Shown here: positions 25,746-32,709 of the stretch, one piece after another
Layout: each line of letters starts with the position of its first letter
Numbering within the stretch: position 1 is the first letter of the stretch
Source: a virus
Taxonomy: Duplodnaviria; Caudoviricetes
Direction: 5' to 3' (one strand)
IMG/VR virus record: IMGVR_UViG_3300012952_000064
Coordinates: 1 to 32,709 of that record
Length of the DNA: 32,709 nt
Made by a program: the position numbers and the translations under genes
Notes under the pieces: generated by a model
The model's database searches: none
What the model was told of the DNA's origin: nothing
Seen by the model: only the letters and a program-made list of their open reading frames with translations

Positions 25746-26008
25746 TGGCAACACACGAAGAAGTAGTAGAGTCTGCACAAGCAGAACAAATATTAGACAG
25801 CGACATTTTTCAGAAAGCACTTAAGAACTTAAAGAACGATTACGTTACTCGTTGGTTAAGCAGTACAACTGAAGAAGAAAAAGACCTAAGAGAATCCTTA
25901 CACAAAGCTATATTGCTTATCCCTGAGATAGAAAAGCACTTACGCATCATTGTCGAGAAAGGCAAACTTACAAAAACACACATAAATAAAATACGTAGCA
26001 TTGGATAA
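25745..26008 (+). CDS. Conserved hypothetical protein upstream of scaffold
   Basis: 87 aa, helical, TAATG-coupled. Confidence 0.65.
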   Translation: MATHEEVVESAQAEQILDSDIFQKALKNLKNDYVTRWLSSTTEEEKDLRESLHKAILLIPEIEKHLRIIVEKGKLTKTHINKIRSIG

Positions 26009-26051
26009 TATCCTCTCTTAGTATAAAATATTCTAAAACTTGGAGGTTTTT

Positions 26052-27062
26052 ATGAGCAATAACGCAAAGCCGATTGCTTTACAGACTGAAATGGATAAAG
26101 CTGTTTCAGCCTTAGAGGGTTTTCTTACTCCTGAAGAGGAAAAAGTAGAGCAACCGATCGAAGAAGAAACAGTCGAGGAGATTGAAGAATCTCCCGAAGA
26201 AGATGTTTTGGAAGAAGAATTTGAAGATGAGTCGGAAGACGAGTTGGAAGATGACGATGAAGAAACAGAAAATGAAGACGAAGAACAAACAGAAGTTGAG
26301 GAAGAACAAGAGCAACCTGAACTTTATACTGTCAAGATAGATGGTATAGAACAAGAGGTCACACTCGATGAACTACGCAACGGCTATTCTCGTCAGCAAG
26401 ATTATACTCGCAAAACTCAGAAGTTAGCGGAAGAGCAAAAAACTCTACAACAAAAACTTAATGAAGTTACCGAGAGAGATGCGATCTATACAGAACTGTT
26501 ACCAAAAATGGAACAACAGTTACAAAGTGTTTTCGGTGAAGAGCCGAATTGGGATGAGTTATATGAACAAGACCCATTAGAATACACTAGAGAAAAGCAT
26601 AGATGGGATCAAAAGAAAGAGAAACTAGCTGCTGTTGAAGCTGAACAAAAAAGGTTACAACAGGAACAGTACGAAAAACAGATGAAAGAACTAAATGACT
26701 CTGTTAAGGCTGGTGAGCAAAGACTCTTAGAAGTTGTTCCCGAATGGCAAAAAGCTGAGACAGCTCAGGCTGAGAAAGCTGAAATAAGTCAATATGCAAT
26801 TAATTCTTTAGAGTTTACTCAAGAAGAGTTAAGTCAAGTGTACGATTGGAGATTGTTAAATGTTTTGAGAAAAGCATGGTTATATGACAAAACCAAGGAA
26901 GCTTCTAAAAAGAAACCTACACAAAAGGCTAAGTCCCGTGTAGCAAGACCCGGAGCTGTAACTAAAAACAAAACGGTAACGCCTGTTAAGAAAGCAAAAC
27001 AAAGGTTGGCTAAATCTGGAAAGGTTTCAGATGCAGCTAAAGTATTTGAACAACTTATTTAA
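26052..27062 (+). CDS. Capsid scaffolding protein
   Basis: GGAGG SD before ATG 26052; acidic N-terminus; VKIDGIEQEVTLDELRNGYSRQQDYTRKTQ; basic C-terminus; precedes MCP. Confidence 0.9.
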   Translation: MSNNAKPIALQTEMDKAVSALEGFLTPEEEKVEQPIEEETVEEIEESPEEDVLEEEFEDESEDELEDDDEETENEDEEQTEVEEEQEQPELYTVKIDGIEQEVTLDELRNGYSRQQDYTRKTQKLAEEQKTLQQKLNEVTERDAIYTELLPKMEQQLQSVFGEEPNWDELYEQDPLEYTREKHRWDQKKEKLAAVEAEQKRLQQEQYEKQMKELNDSVKAGEQRLLEVVPEWQKAETAQAEKAEISQYAINSLEFTQEELSQVYDWRLLNVLRKAWLYDKTKEASKKKPTQKAKSRVARPGAVTKNKTVTPVKKAKQRLAKSGKVSDAAKVFEQLI

Positions 27063-27073
27063 CGAGGTTAATT

Positions 27074-28009
27074 ATGGCGAAAGTCACAAATGCGTTTGAT
27101 ACTTATACGGCTACTGCTGACAGAGAAGATTTAAGTAATATTATTTACAACATCTCTCCTATGCAAACTCCGTTTATGAGTTCAATCGGAACTAGAAATG
27201 TAAAAAATGTGGTATTTGATTGGCAAACAGAATCATTACCTTCACCAAGTGGTTCTGGACAGTTAGAAGGTTTTGAACTTTCAAGAGCTGCTTCAACTGC
27301 CACTTCAAGGGTAAGTAACGTATGTCAAATCTCATACAGAGATGCAACTGTAACAGGTTCGCAAGAAGCGTCTGACGCTGCTGGTAAGAGATCAGAAATG
27401 GCTCACCAGTTAGCTATCATGGCTAAAGCACTTAAAAGAGATATGGAAACAGCTCTCTGTCAAAAAGGTGCTAAAACTACAGGTGATGCTACTACTGCAA
27501 GAGTAACAGGTGGTTTCGAGTCTTGGATTACTTCTAATGACTCAAGAGGAACTTCTGGTGCTTCTACAGGTGGTGGTGCTGCTCCTACAGACGGAACTCA
27601 AAGAGCTCTAACTGAAACTCTTTTAAAAGATGTTTTAGAGCTTATGTTCTCTAACGGAGCTGAACCAAACATGGCTATTGTTGGTCCGCACAACAAACAA
27701 GTCATCTCTGGTTTTACTGGTAGATCACAAGCTAGGCAATTCGTAGACGCAAACACAGTAGAAGCTTCAGTAGCTATCTACTCTTCTGACTTTGGAGAAC
27801 TAAAAATAGTTCCTTCCAACAGATCAAGAGAGAGATCGCTTCTATTAGTTGATCCTGAGTTTGCTAAAGTATCTTACTTAAGAAACTTTGAAACTATCGA
27901 CATTGCTACAATCGGTGACGCTGAAACTAAAATGATCGTTGCTGAGTATGGGCTAGAAGTAAGTAATGAAGCTGCACACGGTGTAGTTGCTGACTTAAGC
28001 ACATCATAA
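27074..28009 (+). CDS. Major capsid protein (DUF5309 / SU10-like HK97 fold)
   Basis: REDLSNIIYNISPMQTPFMS, WQTESL, LKRDME, YSSDFG, EYGLEVSNEAAHG; GAGGT SD; followed by a terminator. Confidence 0.92.
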   Translation: MAKVTNAFDTYTATADREDLSNIIYNISPMQTPFMSSIGTRNVKNVVFDWQTESLPSPSGSGQLEGFELSRAASTATSRVSNVCQISYRDATVTGSQEASDAAGKRSEMAHQLAIMAKALKRDMETALCQKGAKTTGDATTARVTGGFESWITSNDSRGTSGASTGGGAAPTDGTQRALTETLLKDVLELMFSNGAEPNMAIVGPHNKQVISGFTGRSQARQFVDANTVEASVAIYSSDFGELKIVPSNRSRERSLLLVDPEFAKVSYLRNFETIDIATIGDAETKMIVAEYGLEVSNEAAHGVVADLSTS

Positions 28010-28021
28010 GCATAAATAATT

Positions 28022-28047
28022 AGGGAGGGGTAAAACCCTCCCTTTTT
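28022..28047 (+). terminator. Rho-independent terminator after MCP
   Basis: AGGGAGGG-GTAAAA-CCCTCCCT followed by T-run. Confidence 0.88.
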
Positions 28048-28052
28048 ATAAA

Positions 28053-28343
28053 ATGGCAAAAAGAACTCTCATAGACTCAAAGACTGGTTCAACTTCAGAG
28101 TTTATTACTGAAGATGACAAAATTATTTATCACACAAAACAAGACATACAACCAGTTATAGAGCATTGCAAAGCCCTTGCAGAAAACAAACCCGGAAAAG
28201 ATTTTAGGCATGTTGCAGAAGTTCCTATGGTAATATATCAAAAGGCGATGCGAGAAGGCTGGGTCAAAGATAAAGCTAAATGGAAGAAGTGGCTGAACGA
28301 TCCAGATAATAAAGTTTTTAGAACTTGGCAAGGCAAAGTATGA
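28053..28343 (+). CDS. Conserved hypothetical protein after capsid gene
   Basis: QDIQPVIE, RHVAEVP, WLNDPDN motifs. Confidence 0.7.
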   Translation: MAKRTLIDSKTGSTSEFITEDDKIIYHTKQDIQPVIEHCKALAENKPGKDFRHVAEVPMVIYQKAMREGWVKDKAKWKKWLNDPDNKVFRTWQGKV

Positions 28344-28990
28344 ATTATTCAGAATTAAAAACAAACATAGCAAGTTTTCTTAATAGATCAGATTTAACAT
28401 CTGATATTGATATGTTTATTGACCAAACCGAAGGCGAACTTAACAGAAGATTAAGAACTGCTGACATGGTTAAAAGAGCTACGGCAACTGCTGATGCTCA
28501 GTATTTATCGCTACCAACTGACTGGTTACAAGCTATAAACGTAGAAGTTACATCAAATGATTTTAAACCGTTGATGCAACAATCTATTGAATCACTAGAT
28601 TTATATAGAGCATCAAATGACAATACAACTGGTCAACCTATTTACTTTGCTTTAGTAGATAAGACAATGGAATTTGCTCCTACACCGGATCAAGCATACA
28701 CAGTACAATTAACTTATTATGCAAAGGTTGATGCACTAAGTGATTCTAATACAACTAACTTTGTACTTGATAATCACCCTGATATTTATTTATACGGTGC
28801 TTTAAAACATGCTTCTATATTCTTGATGGAAGATGAAAGAGTAACAATGTTTAGTCAATTATTTGAAAAAGCATTAGAAGAAGTAAGGATGCAACAAGAA
28901 AGAAAAGAATTTGGTAAAGGCTCTCTAATGCAAAGAAGAAGAACTTACGGAAGAGCCAAAAAGAATATATACTATATGGATTCTAATTAG
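28340..28990 (+). CDS. Head-tail adaptor protein
   Basis: Start MNYSELKTNIASFLNRSDLT at 28340 (ATGA overlap); LPTDW, APTPD, PDIYLYGAL. Confidence 0.8.
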   Translation: MNYSELKTNIASFLNRSDLTSDIDMFIDQTEGELNRRLRTADMVKRATATADAQYLSLPTDWLQAINVEVTSNDFKPLMQQSIESLDLYRASNDNTTGQPIYFALVDKTMEFAPTPDQAYTVQLTYYAKVDALSDSNTTNFVLDNHPDIYLYGALKHASIFLMEDERVTMFSQLFEKALEEVRMQQERKEFGKGSLMQRRRTYGRAKKNIYYMDSN

Positions 28991-28998
28991 AGGAAAAA

Positions 28999-29388
28999 AT
29001 GTCTGGATTTACTGATTATTTAGAAGATGCTTTATTAAAGCACGTTTTTACAAACACATCATACACTTCACCAACAACTGTGTATGCTGCTTTATTTACT
29101 GTAGCTCCATCCGATACCGGTGGCGGTACTGAAGTTTCTGGTGGTGCTTATGCTAGACAATCTATGGCTTTTTCTGTTTCAGGAACAGGCACATTAGCAA
29201 CTAACTCTGCTGCTGTAGAATATCCAACTGCAACGGCAGACTATGGAACTGTTGTTGCTGTAGGTATATTTGATGCCAGCACAAGCGGTAATTTATTAGC
29301 ATACGCAAACTTAACAACTTCAAAAACTGTCTCTTCAGGAGATGTATTTAGATTTAACGCAGGTGACGTAGATATAACCCTGACGTAG
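28999..29388 (+). CDS. Virion structural (tail/collar) protein
   Basis: YAALFTVAPSDTGGGTEVSGGAYARQ; IFDASTSGNLL motif typical of phage tail proteins. Confidence 0.7.
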   Translation: MSGFTDYLEDALLKHVFTNTSYTSPTTVYAALFTVAPSDTGGGTEVSGGAYARQSMAFSVSGTGTLATNSAAVEYPTATADYGTVVAVGIFDASTSGNLLAYANLTTSKTVSSGDVFRFNAGDVDITLT

Positions 29389-29392
29389 AGTA

Positions 29393-29938
29393 ATGTCCGA
29401 ACAAACCTATAATTTTGGACGTTACAACAAGTCTAATTGGAATAATCTTCAATACGATTTTGGTGCGGTAGCTGTTACAGGCGTATCAGCTTTTACTGCT
29501 GATGGTCGTAAAATTAATCTAGGTGCTAGTGCTGTTAGCCTTGCTTCTAGTGCTTCTGCTAGTGGGTTAAGAATACTCAACACCGATGCAGCTACTATAA
29601 GCACGACAAGTATTGTCGCTGTTGGTATACAAATAGATTTAGGTGCTTCTACTATATCGGCAGTTTCTAGCCTAGCAGCTACACCAAGAATAGTTTTCTT
29701 AGGTGCTTCCGATGTAGAAGGTGTATCTGCTTTAGTATCTGCTAGTTCAGTATTAAGAACATCAACAGCAGATGTATCAGGAACAAGTAGTTTTGTTTCT
29801 CTTGGTGGTTTAAAATGGGAGCCAGAAGATGTTGCTGCTGCAACTTACACAGAACAAACTGTAGCAGATGGAACTTGGACAGAACAAACTGTTTCAGCAG
29901 GAACATGGACAGAATTAGATAGGCAGGCTTCAGCGTAA
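29393..29938 (+). CDS. Ala/Ser-rich virion structural protein with repeats
   Basis: About 21-aa LGAS repeats; C-terminal 10-aa TWTEQTV repeats. Confidence 0.65.
   Translation: MSEQTYNFGRYNKSNWNNLQYDFGAVAVTGVSAFTADGRKINLGASAVSLASSASASGLRILNTDAATISTTSIVAVGIQIDLGASTISAVSSLAATPRIVFLGASDVEGVSALVSASSVLRTSTADVSGTSSFVSLGGLKWEPEDVAAATYTEQTVADGTWTEQTVSAGTWTELDRQASA
29843..29914 (+). repeat. 30-bp coding tandem repeat (about 2.4 copies)
   Basis: ACAGAACAAACTGT recurs with period 30; encodes TYTEQTVADG/TWTEQTVSAG/TWTE. Confidence 0.75.
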
Positions 29939-32709
29939 TGGCAGATACTACAACAACAAATTTATCGTTAACTAAACCAGAGCTAGATGTTTCTACCAAC
30001 TGGGGACAAAAGTTAAACGCTAACTTAGACACTATAGATGCAATCTTTAGCGGTACTGGTACAGGCGTTTCCCTCAATATTGACGGTGGAGATATTGCTT
30101 CTGCTGTTACTATAAATAAATCACCTGTCATTACATTAGGTGGCGATCTTACAGGTAATGTCACACTTACTAATTTAGCTAGTGGTACTTTGTCAGCTAG
30201 TTTAGTTGCTGAAAGCGTACAAGACATAGTAGGACCTATGTTTTCATCTAATACTGAAAACGCTATTTCAGTTGGCTACGAAGACAGCGATGGCACAATA
30301 GATTTATCTGTATTAGTAGACGATAGTTCTATAGAAATTAATCCCCTTAATAATACCTTAAACGTCAAAGCATCAGGTGTAACTAACGCTATGTTAGCTG
30401 GTTCTATAGCTAATTCTAAATTAAGTAACTCATCTATTACGGTTGGTGCTGGTGTAAATGCAACTGCCATATCTTTAGGCGGTACGATTAATTTTGCAGG
30501 CACTTCTAACGAAGTAGAAGTAGCAGAAAGTTCAGGAACAATAACAATAGGCTTGCCAGCAGCTACAGAGATTACAACTTCTCTAGGTGTTGGCGGTGGG
30601 TCTACAAACGGTGTTGTCATAGAACAAGGTGCAATAAAAATTAAAAACGGTGGTACTCAATCTTATATAGACTTTTATTGTGAATCATCAAATGCACATT
30701 ATTTAAGATTACAAGCACCTGCACATGCAAGCTTTGGCGGTAATCCAACTGTAGTTTTACCTGCATCAGCAGGTACGATTGCTTTAACATCTGGTGACAT
30801 TACAGGTAATGCAGCTACAGCCACAGCCTTAGAAACTGCGAGAACAATTCATGGTGTTTCTTTTGACGGTACTGCAAATATAGACCTTACAGAAGTTATT
30901 CAAGATACCGTAGGTGCTATGGTTTCTGGAAACACAGAAAGCAACATAACTGTTACCTACGAAGATTCTGACGGTACTTTAGACTTTAGCGTTACAGGTG
31001 GCGGCTCAGTAAGTGAAGCATTTAAAACAATATCTGTATCTGGTCAAAGCGATGTAGTCGCAGATGCAGCAGCAGACACACTTACTCTAGTAGCTGGCTC
31101 AAACATGACGATCACCACAAATGCTAGTGGTGATGAAATTACATTTGCTAGTTCTGGTGGCGGTGGCTCACAAAACTTATTCTCAACGATTTCAGTATCA
31201 GGTCAATCTGACGTAGTTGCAGATGCAACGACAGATACACTTACTTTGGTTGCTGGTAGCAACATTACTTTGACTACAGATGCTAGTGCTGACTCAATCA
31301 CGATAGCTTCTACTGCATCTGGTTCTGGTGGCAGTTCTACGCAGTTTGCTAAGAATACATTTACTGGTGATGACAGCACGACAGCTTTTACATTGACACA
31401 ATCTATGAGTTCAGAAGATGGTCTTATTGTATTTATAGATGGTGTTTATCAAGCTGATAATGTTTACTCTGTATCAGGTACAACGCTAACATTTGCAACT
31501 GCTCCGCTTGCTTCAAGGGTTATAGAGGTCTTTCAATTAGAGGGCGGTATTGTTGGTACAGCTCCAACTATAGACACTATGACTGGTGATGGTTCAGATA
31601 CTACTCTAGCGTTGAGTACAACTCCTTCATCTGAAAATCAAACATTCGTAACTATTGATGGTGTTGTGCAACATAAAGACACTTATTCAATCTCAGGCAG
31701 CACACTAACTTTTAGTACAGCACCACCATCAGGAACAGCAGTTGAATGTATAACTTTCAACAACGTAGCTATTGCAACTTTTGAAGATGCTGATGGCGAT
31801 ACTAAGATACAAGTAGAAGAAAGTTCGGACGAGGACACCATTAGAATGGACATAGCGGGGACTGAGGTACTAACACTAACTAATAGTGCTATGACACTTA
31901 AAGGCACAACACCTACTCTAACAATTGGTGACGCAGGTGCAGAAGATACTAAGATTGTTTTTGATGGTAATGCACAAGACTATTACATAGGTCTAGATGA
32001 TAGTGCTGACGATTTGCTTATAGGATTAGGGAGTACAGTTGGCACAACACCAGCTATTTCTATAGATGAAAATGTTAATGTCACATTAGGTAGTGCGTTG
32101 ACAGTTGACGGTTTTGGAGATTCTACAGGGCATTACATATCTTTAAGAAGTGGCTATTCCCCTGACGAAAGTGGCGGAATAGGTTTTCAAGCAGGAGATC
32201 ATTCTGGATCGCATAATGACGGATTAGCTGTTTATGGACATGATGGTATTTCTTTTTACACTTCGCAGTCAGAAAGAGTGCGTATTTTAGCTACATCTGG
32301 TCATGTTGGTATTGGTACAACAGCACCAAACGCAGACCTTCATGTTAAATCACCAGATGATTCTACTGCTGCTTATATAAGTGGGGGTACTTATGCTTTT
32401 GGCATAGATAGAGGTAGTGCAAGCGGCACAAATACAGCATGGTATCAAGGAACAACAGCTAGTAATAAATGGGTTGTATATGATGGTGCTGGTACAGGTA
32501 GGTTTGAGGTTACGCTTTCATCTGCTGGATTTATTTCAGACAGAGATCAAAAAGAAAATATAACTGATTTGAGTTATGGCTTAGATACCGTAAATAAATT
32601 ACAACCCAAAAAATTTAAATTCAAAGATGTTGTTGAAATGTTTGAAATTGACGGAGAAAAAAGAACTTTAGAGGGTGATTACAATATAGGATTTATAGCA
32701 CAAGAAATG
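29938..32709 (+). CDS. Long tail fibre with peptidase S74 chaperone (3' truncated; at least 924 aa; absent from ORF track)
   Basis: TAATG start MADTTTTNLSLTKP...; GNAATATALETART motif; paired internal repeats; near the end SDRDQKENITDL...LQPKKF...IGFIAQEM in the same frame. Confidence 0.88.
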   Translation, partial: MADTTTTNLSLTKPELDVSTNWGQKLNANLDTIDAIFSGTGTGVSLNIDGGDIASAVTINKSPVITLGGDLTGNVTLTNLASGTLSASLVAESVQDIVGPMFSSNTENAISVGYEDSDGTIDLSVLVDDSSIEINPLNNTLNVKASGVTNAMLAGSIANSKLSNSSITVGAGVNATAISLGGTINFAGTSNEVEVAESSGTITIGLPAATEITTSLGVGGGSTNGVVIEQGAIKIKNGGTQSYIDFYCESSNAHYLRLQAPAHASFGGNPTVVLPASAGTIALTSGDITGNAATATALETARTIHGVSFDGTANIDLTEVIQDTVGAMVSGNTESNITVTYEDSDGTLDFSVTGGGSVSEAFKTISVSGQSDVVADAAADTLTLVAGSNMTITTNASGDEITFASSGGGGSQNLFSTISVSGQSDVVADATTDTLTLVAGSNITLTTDASADSITIASTASGSGGSSTQFAKNTFTGDDSTTAFTLTQSMSSEDGLIVFIDGVYQADNVYSVSGTTLTFATAPLASRVIEVFQLEGGIVGTAPTIDTMTGDGSDTTLALSTTPSSENQTFVTIDGVVQHKDTYSISGSTLTFSTAPPSGTAVECITFNNVAIATFEDADGDTKIQVEESSDEDTIRMDIAGTEVLTLTNSAMTLKGTTPTLTIGDAGAEDTKIVFDGNAQDYYIGLDDSADDLLIGLGSTVGTTPAISIDENVNVTLGSALTVDGFGDSTGHYISLRSGYSPDESGGIGFQAGDHSGSHNDGLAVYGHDGISFYTSQSERVRILATSGHVGIGTTAPNADLHVKSPDDSTAAYISGGTYAFGIDRGSASGTNTAWYQGTTASNKWVVYDGAGTGRFEVTLSSAGFISDRDQKENITDLSYGLDTVNKLQPKKFKFKDVVEMFEIDGEKRTLEGDYNIGFIAQEM

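Larger units (their letters stand above)
1..32709. mobile_element. Tailed dsDNA bacteriophage genome segment (podovirus-type, P22-like morphogenesis), probably most of a circularly permuted genome
   Basis: Terminase, portal, scaffold, capsid, adaptor, tail hub, ejection proteins, fibres, lysis and replication modules present; no bacterial housekeeping genes; both ends lie in tail-fibre ORFs. Confidence 0.97.

Noticed and set aside
29742-31907. Minus-strand ORFs 29742..30227, 30276..30620 and 31683..31907
   Set aside because: Antisense to the long tail-fibre ORF that the track missed because it has no stop in the window
1-32709. Stop-codon reassignment, introns/inteins, tRNAs, auxiliary metabolic genes
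   Set aside because: Genes tile densely under the standard code with TAA, TAG and TGA all used as stops; terL, portal, MCP and primase are uninterrupted and of normal length; no tRNA cloverleaf or metabolic enzyme was recognised

Overview
The whole window is a low-GC tailed dsDNA phage (Caudoviricetes) with a podovirus/P22-like virion layout. It resembles uncultured marine phages; the host cannot be determined from sequence. It appears to cover most of a circularly permuted genome, since it both starts and ends inside tail-fibre genes. Order: tail fibres, tail hub and ejection proteins (1-10054); a PD-(D/E)XK nuclease; a divergent RHH/HTH switch (10465-10963); a recombination/replication operon (Cas4-like nuclease, Sak4-like ATPase, SSB, primase-helicase, 10950-15640); a probable iteron origin (15961-16101) followed by a winged-helix protein; a leftward operon of nine small early genes from a near-consensus sigma70 promoter, led by an acidic Ocr-like protein and punctuated by repeated start cassettes (16571-18906); terS/terL/portal; six tiny Lys-rich proteins; a lysis cassette; scaffold, major capsid, adaptor and a long tail fibre running off the right end. 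I saw no integrase, DNA/RNA polymerase, reverse transcriptase, tRNA or CRISPR array. The most unusual items are the repeat-delimited early gene array, period-4 CG arrays with a CGTACG cluster flanking the early/packaging region, the palindromic 22-bp iteron origin, the basic mini-protein cluster, and a hairpin that buries the first lysis gene's start codon. All family assignments are motif recognition by eye, not database hits.
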